Origin: Eledone cirrhosa
Lineage: Eukaryota
Direction: 5' to 3'
NCBI GenBank assembly: GCA_964016885.1
Contig: OZ024744.1
Coordinates: 133,982,001 to 134,046,000 of the forward strand
Length of the DNA stretch: 64,000 nucleotides
Part shown: positions 24,901-37,740 of the stretch, in pieces
Position numbering within the stretch: the stretch's first letter is position 1
Layout: each line of letters opens with the position of its first letter
Made by a program: the position numbers and the translations under genes
The notes under the pieces: model-generated
The model's input: only the letters and a program-made list of their open reading frames with translations
Databases searched by the model: none
What the model was told of the DNA's origin: nothing

Positions 24901-27900
24901 GGTTAATTTAAGTTGGGGTTAAGTTAAGTTGAGGTTAAGTTAAGTTGGGGTTAAATTAAGTTGGGGTTAAGTTAAGTTGGGGTTAAGTCAAGTTGGGGTT
25001 AAGTTAAGTTGGGGATAAGTTAAGTTGGGGATAATTTAAGTTGGGTTTAAGTTAAGTTGGGGTTAAGTTAAGTTGGGGTTAAGTTAAGTTGGGGTTAATT
25101 TAAGTTGGGGCTAAGTTAAGTTGGGACTGAGTTAAGTTGGGGTTAAGTTAAGTTGGGGTTAAGTTAAGTTGGGGTTAAGTTAAGTTGGAGTTTATTTAAG
25201 TTGGGGTTAAGTTAAGTTGGGGTTCAGTTAAGTTGGGGTTAAGTTAAGTTGGGGTTAAGATGGGGTTAAATTAAGTTGGGGTTAAGTTAAGTTGGGGTTA
25301 ATTTAAGTTGGGGTTAAGTTAAGTTGGGGTTAAGTTAAGTCGGGGTTAAGTTAAGTCGGGGTTAAGTTAAGTTAGGGTTCAGTTAAGTTGGGGTTAAGTT
25401 AAGTTGGGGTTGAGTTAGGTTGGGGTTGAGTTAAATTGGGGTTGAGTTAAGTTGGGGTTGAGTTAAGTTGGTGTTGAGTTAAGTTGGGGTTAAGTTAAGT
25501 TGGGGTTAAGTTAATTTGTGGTTAAGTTAAGTTGGGGTTAAGTTAAGTTGGGGTTAAGTTAAGTTGGGGTTAAGTTAAGTCGGGGTTAAGTTAAGTTGGG
25601 GTTGAGTTAAGTTGGGGTTAATTTAAGTTGGGGTTAAGTTAAGTTGGGGCTAAGTTAAGTTGGGGTTAAGTTAAGTTGGGGTTAAGTTAAGTTGGGGTTA
25701 AGTTAAGTTGAGGTTAAGTTAAGTTGGGGTTAAATTAAGTTGGGGTTAAGTTAAGTTGGGGTTAAGTTAAGTTGGGGTTAAGTTAAGTTGGGGATAAGTT
25801 AAGTTGGGGATAATTCAAGTTGGGGTTAAGTTAAGTTGGGTTTAAGTTAAGTTGGAGTTAAGTTAAGTTGGGGATAAGTTAAGTTGGGGTTAAGTTAAGT
25901 TGGGGTTAAGTTAAGTTGGGGCTAAGTTAAGTTGGGGCTGAGTTAAGTTGGGGTTAAGTTAAGTTGGGGTTAAGTTAAGTTGGGGTTAATTTAAGTTGGG
26001 GTTTATTTAAGTTGGGGTTACGTTAAGTTGGTGTTAAGTTAAGTTGGGGTTAATTTAAGTTGGGGTTAATTAAGTTGGGGTTAAGTTAAGTTGGGGTTAA
26101 GTTAAGTTGGGGTTAAGTTAAGTTGGGGTTAAGTTAAGTTGGGGCTAAGTTAAGTTGGGGTTAAGTTAAGTTGAGGTTAAGTTAAGTTGGGGTTAAGTTA
26201 AGTTGGGGTTAAGTTAAGTTGGGGTTAAGTTAAGTTGGGGATAAGTTAAGTTGGGGATAATTTAAGTTGGGGTTAAGTTAAGTTGGGGTTAAATTAAGTT
26301 GGGGTTAAGTTAAGTTGGGGTTAAGTTAAGTTGGGGTTAAGTTAAGTTGGGGATAAGTTAAGTTGGGGATAATTTAAGTTGGGTTTAAGTTAAGTTGGGG
26401 TTAAGTTAAGTTGGGGTTAAGTTAAGTTGGGGTTAATTTAAGTTGGGGCTAAGTTAAGTTGGGACTGAGTTAAGTTGGTGTTAAGTTAAGTTGGGGTTAA
26501 GTTAAGTTGGGGTTAAGTTAAGTTGGAGTTTATTTAAGTTGGGGTTAAGTTAAGTTGGGGTTCAGTTAAGTTGGGGTTAAGTTAAGTTGGGGTTAAGATG
26601 GGGTTACATTAAGTTGGGGTTAAGTTAAGTTGGGGTTAATTTAAGTTGGGGTTAAGTTAAGTTGGGGTTAAGTTAAGTCGGGGTTAAGTTAAGTCGGGGT
26701 TAAGTTAAGTTAGGGTTCAGTTAAGTTGGGGTTAAGTTAAGTTGGGGTTGAGTTAGGTTGGGGTTGAGTTAAATTGGGGTTGAGTTAAGTTGGGGTTGAG
26801 TTAAGTTGGTGTTGAGTTAAGTTGGGGTTAAGTTAAGTTGGGGTTAAGTTAATTTGTGGTTAAGTTAAGTTGGGGTTAAGTTAAGTTGGGGTCAAGTTAA
26901 GTTGGGGTTAAGTTGGGGTTAAGTTAAGTTAGGTTTAAGTTAAGTTGGGGTTAAGTTAAGTTGGGTTTAAGTTAAGTTGGGGTTAAGTTAAGTTGGGGTT
27001 AAGTTAAGTTGGGGTTAAGTTAATTTGTGGTTAAGTTAAGTTGGGGTTAAGTTAAGTTGGGGTTAAGTTAAGTTGGGGTTAAGTTAAGTCGGGGTTAAGT
27101 TAAGTTGGGGTTAAGTTAAGTTGGGGTTAATTTAAGTTGGGGTTAAGTTAAGTTGGGGCTAAGTTAAGTTGGGACTGAGTTAAGTTGGGGTTAAGTTAAG
27201 TTGGGGTTAAGTTAAGTTGGGGTTAAGTTAAGTTGGAGTTTATTTAAGTTGGGGTTAAGTTAAGTTGGGGTTAAGTTAAGTCGGGGTTAAGTTAAATTGG
27301 GGTTGAGTTAAGTTGGGGTTGAGTTAAGTTGGTGTTGAGTTAAGTTGGGGTTAAGTTAAGTTGGGGTTAAGTTAATTTGTGGTTAAGTTAAGTTGGGGTT
27401 AAGTTAAGTTGGGGTTAAGTTAAGTTGGGGTTAAGTTAAGTCGGGGTTGAGTTAAGTTGGGGTTGAGTTAAGTTGGGGTTGAGTTAAGTTGGGGTTAAGT
27501 TAAGTTGGGGTTAAGTTAAGTCGGGGTTAAGTTAAGTTGGGGTTGAGTTAAATTGGGGTTGAGTTAAGTTGGGGTTGAGTTAAGTTGGTGTTGAGTTAAG
27601 TTGGGGTTAAGTTAAGTTGGGGTTAAGTTAATTTGTGGTTAAGTTAAGTTGGGGTTAAGTTAAGTTGGGGTTAAGTTAAGTTGGGGTTAAGTTAAGTCGG
27701 GGTTAAGTTAAGTTGGGGTTGAGTTAAGTTGGGGTTAATTTAAGTTGGGGTTAAGTTAAGTTGGGGTTAAGTTAAGTTGGGGTTAAGTTAAGTTGGGGTT
27801 AAGTTAAGTTGGGGTTAAGTTAAGTTGAGGTTAAGTTAAGTTGGGGTTAAATTAAGTTGGGGTTAAGTTAAGTTGGGGTTAAGTTAAGTTGGGGTTAAGT

Positions 27901-30900
27901 TAAGTTGGGGATAAGTTAAGTTGGGGATAATTTAAGTTGGGGTTAAGTTAAGTTGGGTTTAAGTTAAGTTGGGGTTAAGTTAAGTTGGGGATAAGTTAAG
28001 TTGGGGTTAAGTTAAGTTGGGGTTAAGTTAAGTTGGGGTTAAGTTAAGTTGGGGCTAAGTTAAGTTGGGGCTGAGTTAAGTTGGGGTTAAGTTAAGTTGG
28101 GGTTAAGTTAAGTTGGGGTTAATTTAAGTTGGGGTTTATTTAAGTTGGGGTTACGTTAAGTTGGTGTTAAGTTAAGTTGGGGTTAATTTAAGTTGGGGTT
28201 AATTAAGTTGGGGTTAAGTTAAGTTGGGGTTAAGTTAAGTTGGGGTTAATTTAAGTTGGGGTTGAGTTAAGTTGGGGTCAAGTTAAGTTGGGGTTATATT
28301 AAGTTGGGGTTAAGTTAAGTTGGGGTTCAGTTAAGTTGGGTATAAGTTAAGTTGGGGTTAAGTTAAGTTGGGGTTAAGTTAAGTTGGGGTTAAGTTAAGT
28401 TGGTGTTAAGTTAAGTTGGGGCTAAGTTAAGTTGGGGCTGAGTTAAGTTGGGGCTGAGTTAAGTTGGGGTTAAGTTAAGTTGGGGTCAAGTTAAGTTGGG
28501 GTTAAGTTGGGGTTAAGTTAAGTTAGGTTTAAGTTAAGATGGGGTTAAGTTAAGTTGGGGTTAAGTTAAGTTGGGGTTAAGTTAAGTCGGGGTTAAGTTA
28601 AGTTGGGGTTAAGTTAAGTTGGGGTTAATTTAAGTTGGGGTTAAGTTAAGTTGGGGTCAAGTTAAGTTGGGGTTAAGTTGGGGTTAAGTTAATTTGTGGT
28701 TAAGTTAAGTTGGGGTTAAGTTGGGGTTAAGTTAAGTTAGGTTTAAGTTAAGTTGGGGTTAAGTTAAGTTGGGGTTAAGTTAATTTGTGGTTAAGTTAAG
28801 TTGGGGTTAAGTTGGGGTTAAGTTAAGTTAGGTTTAAGTTAAGTTGGGGTCAAGTTAAGTTGGGGTTAAGTTGGGGTTAAGTTAAGTTAGGTTTAAGTTA
28901 AGTTGGGGTTAAGTTAAGTTGGGGTTAAGTTAAGTTGGGGTTAAGTTAAGTTGGGGTTAAGTTAATTTGTGGTTAAGTTAAGTTGAGGTTAAGTTAAGTT
29001 GGGGTTAAGTTAAGTTGGGGTTAAGTTAAGTCGGGGTTAAGTTAAGTTGGGGTTAAGTTAAGTTGGGGTTAATTTAAGTTGGGGTTAAGTTAAGTTGGGG
29101 TTAAGTTAAGTTGGGGTTAAATTAAGTTGGGGTTAAGTTAAGTTGGGGTTAAGTCAAGTTGGGGTTAAGTTAAGTTGGGGATAAGTTAAGTTGGGGATAA
29201 TTTAAGTTGGGGTTAAGTTAAGTTGGGTTTAAGTTAAGTTGGGGTTAAGTTAAGTTGGGGTTAAGTTAAGTTGGGGTTAAGTTAAGTTGGGGTTAAGTTA
29301 AGTTGGGGTTAAGTTAAGTTGGGGCTAAGTTAAGTTGGGGCTGAGTTAAGTTGGGGTTAAGTTAAGTTGGGCTTAATTTAAGTCGGGGTTAAGTTAAGTT
29401 AGGGTTCAGTTAAGTTGGGGTTAAGTTAAGTTGGGGTTAAGTTAAGTTGGGGTTAAGTTAAGTCGGGGTTAAGTTAAGTTGGGGTTAAGTTAAGTTGGGG
29501 TTAAGTTAAGTCGGGGTTAAGTTAAGTTGGGGTTAAGTTAAGTTGGGGTTAATTTAAGTTGGGGTTAAGTTAAGTTGGGGTTAAGTTAAGTTGGGGTTAA
29601 GTTAAGATGGGGTTAATTTAAGTTGGGGTTAAGTTAAGTTGAGGTTAAGTTAAGTTGGGGTTAAATTAAGTTGGGGTTAAGTTAAGTTGGGGTTAAGTCA
29701 AGTTGGGGTTAAGTTAAGTTGGGGATAAGTTAAGTTGGGGTTAAGTTAAGTTGGGGTTAAGTTAAGTTGGGGTTAAGTTAAGTTGGGGTCAAGTTAAGTT
29801 GGGGTTAAGTTGGGGTTAAGTTAAGTTAGGTTTAAGTTAAGTTGGGGTTAAGTTAAGTTGGGGTTAAGTTAAGTTGGGGATAAGTTAAGTTGGGGATAAG
29901 TTAAGTTGGGGTTAAGTTAAGTTGGGGTTAATTTAAGTTGGGGTTAAGTTAAGTTGGGGTCAAGTTAAGTTGGGGTTAAGTTGGGGTTAAGTTAAGTTAG
30001 GTTTAAGTTAAGTTGGGGTTAAGTTAAGTTGGGGTTAAGTTAAGTTGGGGTTAAGTTAAGTTGGGGTTAAGTTAAGTTGGGGTTAAGTTAATTTGTGGTT
30101 AAGTTAAGTTGGGGTTAAGTTAAGTTGGGGTTAAGTTAAGTTGGGGTTAAGTTAAGTCGGGGTTAAGTTAAGTTGGGGTTAAGTTAAGTTGGGGTTAATT
30201 TAAGTTGGGGTTAAGTTAAGTTGGGGCTAAGTTAAGTTGGGACTGAGTTAAGTTGGGGTTAAGTTAAGTTGGGGTTAAGTTAAGTTGGGGTTAAGTTAAG
30301 TTGGAGTTTATTTAAGTTGGGGTTAAGTTAAGTTGGGGTTAAGTTAAGTCGGGGTTAAGTTAAGTCGGGGTTAAGTTAAGTTAGGGTTCAGTTAAGTTGG
30401 GGTTAAGTTAAGTTGGGGTTGAGTTAAGTTGGGGTTGAGTTAAATTGGGGTTGAGTTAAGTTGGGGTTGAGTTAAGTTGGTGTTGAGTTAAGTTGGGGTT
30501 AAGTTAAGTTGGGGTTAAGTTAATTTGTGGTTAAGTTAAGTTGGGGTTAAGTTAAGTTGGGGTTAAGTTAAGTCGGGGTTAAGTTAAGTTGGGGTTAAGT
30601 TAAGTTGGGGTTAATTTAAGTTGGGGTTAAGTTAAGTTGGGGTTAAGTTAAGTTGGGGTTAAGTTAAGATTGGGGTTAAGTTAAGTTGGGGTTAAGTTAA
30701 GTTGGGGTTAAGTTAAGTTGGGGATAAGTTAAGTTGGGGATAATTTAAGTTGGGGTTAAGTTAAGTTGGGTTTAAGTTAAGTTGGGGTTAAGTTAAGTTG
30801 GGGATAAGTTAAGTTGGGGTTAAGTTAAGTTGGGGTTAAGTTAAGTTGGGGTTAAGTTAAGTTGGGCTAAGTTAAGTTGGGGTTAAGTTAAGTTGGAGTT

Positions 30901-33900
30901 TATTTAAGTTGGGGTTAAGTTAAGTTGGGGTTCAGGTAAGTTGGGGTTAAGTTAAGTTGGGGTTAAGATGGGGTTAAATTAAGTTGGGGTTAAGTTAAGT
31001 TGGGGTTAATTTAAGTTGGGGTTAAGTTAAGTTGGGGTTAAGTTAAGTCGGGGTTAAGTTAAGTCGGGGTTAAGTTAAGTTAGGGTTCAGTTAAGTTGGG
31101 GTTAAGTTAAGTTGGGGTTGAGTTAGGTTGGGGTTGAGTTAAATTGGGGTTGAGTTAAGTTGGGGTTGAGTTAAGTTGGTGTTGAGTTAAGTTGGGGTTA
31201 AGTTAAGTTGGGGTTAAGTTAATTTGTGGTTAAGTTAAGTTGGGGTTAAGTTAAGTTGGGGTTAAGTTAAGTTGGGGTTAAGTTAAGTCGGGGTTAAGTT
31301 AAGTTGGGGTTGAGTTAAGTTGGGGTTAATTTAAGTTGGGGTTAAGTTAAGTTGGGGCTAAGTTAAGTTGGGGTTAAGTTAAGTTGGGGTTAAGTTAAGT
31401 TGGGGTTAAGTTAAGTTGAGGTTAAGTTAAGTTGGGGTTAAATTAAGTTGGGGTTAAGTTAAGTTGGGGTTAAGTTAAGTTGGGGCTAAGTTAAGTTGGG
31501 GCTGAGTTAAGTTGGGGTTAAGTTAAGTTGGGGTTAAGTTAAGTTGGGGTTAATTTAAGTTGGGGTTTATTTAAGTTGGGGTTACGTTAAGTTGGTGTTA
31601 AGTTAAGTTGGGGTTAATTTAAGTTGGGGTTAATTAAGTTGGGGTTAAGTTAAGTTGGGGTTAAGTTAAGTTGGGGTTAAGTTAAGTTGGGGTTAAGTTA
31701 AGTTGGGGTTAAGTTAAGTTGAGGTTAAGTTAAGTTGGGGTTAAATTAAGTTGGGGTTAAGTTAAGTTGGGGTTAAGTTAAGTTGGGGTTAAGTTAAGTT
31801 GGGGTTAAGTTAAGTTGGGGTTAAGTTAAGTTGAGGTTAAGTTAAGTTGGGGTTAAATTAAGTTGGGGTTAAGTTAAGTTGGGGTTAAGTTAAGTTGGGG
31901 TCAAGTTAAGTTGGGGATAAGTTAAGTTGGGGATAATTTAAGTTGGGGTTAAGTTAAGTTGGGGTTAAATTAAGTTGGGGTTAAGTTAAGTTGGGGTTAA
32001 GTTAAGTTGGGGTTAAGTTAAGTTGGGGATAAGTTAAGTTGGGGATAATTTAAGTTGGGTTTAAGTTAAGTTGGGGTTAAGTTAAGTTGGGGTTAAGTTA
32101 AGTTGGGGTTAATTTAAGTTGGGGCTAAGTTAAGTTGGGACTGAGTTAAGTTGGTGTTAAGTTAAGTTGGGGTTAAGTTAAGTTGGGGTTAAGTTAAGTT
32201 GGAGTTTATTTAAGTTGGGGTTAAGTTAAGTTGGGGTTCAGTTAAGTTGGGGTTAAGTTAAGTTGGGGTTAAGATGGGGTTAAATTAAGTTGGGGTTAAG
32301 TTAAGTTGGGGTTAATTTAAGTTGGGGTTAAGTTAAGTTGGGGTTAAGTTAAGTCGGGGTTAAGTTAAGTCGGGGTTAAGTTAAGTTAGGGTTCAGTTAA
32401 GTTGGGGTTAAGTTAAGTTGGGGTTGAGTTAGGTTGGGGTTGAGTTAAATTGGGGTTGAGTTAAGTTGGGGTTGAGTTAAGTTGGTGTTGAGTTAAGTTG
32501 GGGTTAAGTTAAGTTGGGGTTAAGTTAATTTGTGGTTAAGTTAAGTTGGGGTTAAGTTAAGTTGGGGTTAAGTTAAGTTAGGGTTAAGTTAAGTCGGGGT
32601 TAAGTTAAGTTGGGGTTGAGTTAAGTTGGGGTTAATTTAAGTTGGGGTTAAGTTAAGTTGGGGTCAAGTTAAGTTGGGGTTAAGTTGGGGTTAAGTTAAG
32701 TTAGGTTTAAGTTAAGTTGGGGTTAAGTTAAGTTGGGGTTAAGTTAAGTTGGGGTTAAGTTAAGTTGGGTTAAGTTAAGTTGGGGTTAAGTTAAGTTGGG
32801 GTTAATTTAAGTTGGGGTTAAGTTAAGTTGGGGTTAAGTTAAGTTGGGGTTAAGTTAAGATGGGGTTAATTTAAGTTGGGGTTAAGTTAAGTTGAGGTTA
32901 AGTTAAGTTGGGGTTAAATTAAGTTGGGGTTAAGTTAAGTTGGGGTTAAGTCAAGTTGGGGTTAAGTTAAGTTGGGGATAAGTTAAGTTGGGGATAATTT
33001 AAGTTGGGTTTAAGTTAAGTTGGGGTTAAGTTAAGTTGGGGTTAAGTTAAGTTGGGGTTAATTTAAGTTGGGGCTAAGTTAAGTTGGGACTGAGTTAAGT
33101 TGGGGTTAAGTTAAGTTGGGGTTAAGTTAAGTTGGGGTTAAGTTAAGTTGGAGTTTATTTAAGTTGGGGTTAAGTTAAGTTGGGGTTCAGTTAAGTTGGG
33201 GTTAAGTTAAGTTGGGGTTAAGATGGGGTTAAATTAAGTTGGGGTTAAGTTAAGTTGGGGTTAATTTAAGTTGGGGTTAAGTTAAGTTGGGGTTAAGTTA
33301 AGTCGGGGTTAAGTTAAGTCGGGGTTAAGTTAAGTTAGGGTTCAGTTAAGTTGGGGTTAAGTTAAGTTGGGGTTGAGTTAGGTTGGGGTTGAGTTAAATT
33401 GGGGTTGAGTTAAGTTGGGGTTGAGTTAAGTTGGTGTTGAGTTAAGTTGGGGTTAAGTTAAGTTGGGGTTAAGTTAATTTGTGGTTAAGTTAAGTTGGGG
33501 TTAAGTTAAGTTGGGGTTAAGTTAAGTTGGGGTTAAGTTAAGTCGGGGTTAAGTTAAGTTGGGGTTGAGTTAAGTTGGGGTTAATTTAAGTTGGGGTTAA
33601 GTTAAGTTGGGGCTAAGTTAAGTTGGGGTTAAGTTAAGTTGGGGTTAAGTTAAGTTGGGGTTAAGTTAAGTTGAGGTTAAGTTAAGTTGGGGTTAAATTA
33701 AGTTGGGGTTAAGTTAAGTTGGGGTTAAGTTAAGTTGGGGTTAAGTTAAGTTGGGGATAAGTTAAGTTGGGGATAATTCAAGTTGGGGTTAAGTTAAGTT
33801 GGGTTTAAGTTAAGTTGGAGTTAAGTTAAGTTGGGGATAAGTTAAGTTGGGGTTAAGTTAAGTTGGGGTTAAGTTAAGTTGGGGCTAAGTTAAGTTGGGG

Positions 33901-36900
33901 CTGAGTTAAGTTGGGGTTAAGTTAAGTTGGGGTTAAGTTAAGTTGGGGTTAATTTAAGTTGGGGTTTATTTAAGTTGGGGTTACGTTAAGTTGGTGTTAA
34001 GTTAAGTTGGGGTTAATTTAAGTTGGGGTTAATTAAGTTGGGGTTAAGTTAAGTTGGGGTTAAGTTAAGTTGGGGTTAAGTTAAGTTGGGGTTAAGTTAA
34101 GTTGGGGCTAAGTTAAGTTGGGGTTAAGTTAAGTTGAGGTTAAGTTAAGTTGGGGTTAAGTTAAGTTGGGGTTAAGTTAAGTTGGGGTTAAGTTAAGTTG
34201 GGGATAAGTTAAGTTGGGGATAATTTAAGTTGGGGTTAAGTTAAGTTGGGGTTAAATTAAGTTGGGGTTAAGTTAAGTTGGGGTTAAGTTAAGTTGGGGT
34301 TAAGTTAAGTTGGGGATAAGTTAAGTTGGGGATAATTTAAGTTGGGTTTAAGTTAAGTTGGGGTTAAGTTAAGTTGGGGTTAAGTTAAGTTGGGGTTAAT
34401 TTAAGTTGGGGCTAAGTTAAGTTGGGACTGAGTTAAGTTGGTGTTAAGTTAAGTTGGGGTTAAGTTAAGTTGGGGTTAAGTTAAGTTGGAGTTTATTTAA
34501 GTTGGGGTTAAGTTAAGTTGGGGTTCAGTTAAGTTGGGGTTAAGTTAAGTTGGGGTTAAGATGGGGTTACATTAAGTTGGGGTTAAGTTAAGTTGGGGTT
34601 AATTTAAGTTGGGGTTAAGTTAAGTTGGGGTTAAGTTAAGTCGGGGTTAAGTTAAGTCGGGGTTAAGTTAAGTTAGGGTTCAGTTAAGTTGGGGTTAAGT
34701 TAAGTTGGGGTTGAGTTAGGTTGGGGTTGAGTTAAATTGGGGTTGAGTTAAGTTGGGGTTGAGTTAAGTTGGTGTTGAGTTAAGTTGGGGTTAAGTTAAG
34801 TTGGGGTTAAGTTAATTTGTGGTTAAGTTAAGTTGGGGTTAAGTTAAGTTGGGGTCAAGTTAAGTTGGGGTTAAGTTGGGGTTAAGTTAAGTTAGGTTTA
34901 AGTTAAGTTGGGGTTAAGTTAAGTTGGGTTTAAGTTAAGTTGGGGTTAAGTTAAGTTGGGGTTAAGTTAAGTTGGGGTTAAGTTAATTTGTGGTTAAGTT
35001 AAGTTGGGGTTAAGTTAAGTTGGGGTTAAGTTAAGTTGGGGTTAAGTTAAGTCGGGGTTAAGTTAAGTTGGGGTTAAGTTAAGTTGGGGTTAATTTAAGT
35101 TGGGGTTAAGTTAAGTTGGGGCTAAGTTAAGTTGGGACTGAGTTAAGTTGGGGTTAAGTTAAGTTGGGGTTAAGTTAAGTTGGGGTTAAGTTAAGTTGGA
35201 GTTTATTTAAGTTGGGGTTAAGTTAAGTTGGGGTTAAGTTAAGTCGGGGTTAAGTTAAATTGGGGTTGAGTTAAGTTGGGGTTGAGTTAAGTTGGTGTTG
35301 AGTTAAGTTGGGGTTAAGTTAAGTTGGGGTTAAGTTAATTTGTGGTTAAGTTAAGTTGGGGTTAAGTTAAGTTGGGGTTAAGTTAAGTTGGGGTTAAGTT
35401 AAGTCGGGGTTGAGTTAAGTTGGGGTTGAGTTAAGTTGGGGTTGAGTTAAGTTGGGGTTAAGTTAAGTTGGGGTTAAGTTAAGTCGGGGTTAAGTTAAGT
35501 TGGGGTTGAGTTAAATTGGGGTTGAGTTAAGTTGGGGTTGAGTTAAGTTGGTGTTGAGTTAAGTTGGGGTTAAGTTAAGTTGGGGTTAAGTTAATTTGTG
35601 GTTAAGTTAAGTTGGGGTTAAGTTAAGTTGGGGTTAAGTTAAGTTGGGGTTAAGTTAAGTCGGGGTTAAGTTAAGTTGGGGTTGAGTTAAGTTGGGGTTA
35701 ATTTAAGTTGGGGTTAAGTTAAGTTGGGGTTAAGTTAAGTTGGGGTTAAGTTAAGTTGGGGTTAAGTTAAGTTGGGGTTAAGTTAAGTTGAGGTTAAGTT
35801 AAGTTGGGGTTAAATTAAGTTGGGGTTAAGTTAAGTTGGGGTTAAGTTAAGTTGGGGTTAAGTTAAGTTGGGGATAAGTTAAGTTGGGGATAATTTAAGT
35901 TGGGGTTAAGTTAAGTTGGGTTTAAGTTAAGTTGGGGTTAAGTTAAGTTGGGGATAAGTTAAGTTGGGGTTAAGTTAAGTTGGGGTTAAGTTAAGTTGGG
36001 GTTAAGTTAAGTTGGGGCTAAGTTAAGTTGGGGCTGAGTTAAGTTGGGGTTAAGTTAAGTTGGGGTTAAGTTAAGTTGGGGTTAATTTAAGTTGGGGTTT
36101 ATTTAAGTTGGGGTTACGTTAAGTTGGTGTTAAGTTAAGTTGGGGTTAATTTAAGTTGGGGTTAATTAAGTTGGGGTTAAGTTAAGTTGGGGTTAAGTTA
36201 AGTTGGGGTTAATTTAAGTTGGGGTTGAGTTAAGTTGGGGTCAAGTTAAGTTGGGGTTATATTAAGTTGGGGTTAAGTTAAGTTGGGGTTCAGTTAAGTT
36301 GGGTATAAGTTAAGTTGGGGTTAAGTTAAGTTGGGGTTAAGTTAAGTTGGGGTTAAGTTAAGTTGGTGTTAAGTTAAGTTGGGGCTAAGTTAAGTTGGGG
36401 CTGAGTTAAGTTGGGGCTGAGTTAAGTTGGGGTTAAGTTAAGTTGGGGTCAAGTTAAGTTGGGGTTAAGTTGGGGTTAAGTTAAGTTAGGTTTAAGTTAA
36501 GATGGGGTTAAGTTAAGTTGGGGTTAAGTTAAGTTGGGGTTAAGTTAAGTCGGGGTTAAGTTAAGTTGGGGTTAAGTTAAGTTGGGGTTAATTTAAGTTG
36601 GGGTTAAGTTAAGTTGGGGTCAAGTTAAGTTGGGGTTAAGTTGGGGTTAAGTTAATTTGTGGTTAAGTTAAGTTGGGGTTAAGTTGGGGTTAAGTTAAGT
36701 TAGGTTTAAGTTAAGTTGGGGTTAAGTTAAGTTGGGGTTAAGTTAATTTGTGGTTAAGTTAAGTTGGGGTTAAGTTGGGGTTAAGTTAAGTTAGGTTTAA
36801 GTTAAGTTGGGGTCAAGTTAAGTTGGGGTTAAGTTGGGGTTAAGTTAAGTTAGGTTTAAGTTAAGTTGGGGTTAAGTTAAGTTGGGGTTAAGTTAAGTTG

Positions 36901-37740
36901 GGGTTAAGTTAAGTTGGGGTTAAGTTAATTTGTGGTTAAGTTAAGTTGAGGTTAAGTTAAGTTGGGGTTAAGTTAAGTTGGGGTTAAGTTAAGTCGGGGT
37001 TAAGTTAAGTTGGGGTTAAGTTAAGTTGGGGTTAATTTAAGTTGGGGTTAAGTTAAGTTGGGGTTAAGTTAAGTTGGGGTTAAATTAAGTTGGGGTTAAG
37101 TTAAGTTGGGGTTAAGTCAAGTTGGGGTTAAGTTAAGTTGGGGATAAGTTAAGTTGGGGATAATTTAAGTTGGGGTTAAGTTAAGTTGGGTTTAAGTTAA
37201 GTTGGGGTTAAGTTAAGTTGGGGTTAAGTTAAGTTGGGGTTAAGTTAAGTTGGGGTTAAGTTAAGTTGGGGTTAAGTTAAGTTGGGGCTAAGTTAAGTTG
37301 GGGCTGAGTTAAGTTGGGGTTAAGTTAAGTTGGGCTTAATTTAAGTCGGGGTTAAGTTAAGTTAGGGTTCAGTTAAGTTGGGGTTAAGTTAAGTTGGGGT
37401 TAAGTTAAGTTGGGGTTAAGTTAAGTCGGGGTTAAGTTAAGTTGGGGTTAAGTTAAGTTGGGGTTAAGTTAAGTCGGGGTTAAGTTAAGTTGGGGTTAAG
37501 TTAAGTTGGGGTTAATTTAAGTTGGGGTTAAGTTAAGTTGGGGTTAAGTTAAGTTGGGGTTAAGTTAAGATGGGGTTAATTTAAGTTGGGGTTAAGTTAA
37601 GTTGAGGTTAAGTTAAGTTGGGGTTAAATTAAGTTGGGGTTAAGTTAAGTTGGGGTTAAGTCAAGTTGGGGTTAAGTTAAGTTGGGGATAAGTTAAGTTG
37701 GGGTTAAGTTAAGTTGGGGTTAAGTTAAGTTGGGGTTAAT
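21960..37740 (+). repeat. Near-tandem duplication, period 7,963 bp (about 21960-29776 vs 29923-37739)
   Basis: Constant 7,963 offset for GGTCAAG 21998/29961, AAGAT 22706/30669, TTCAGGTAAG 22968/30931, ATAATTCAAG 25816/33779, TTACATT 26607/34570, GGGGATAAG 29725/37688. Confidence 0.92.
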
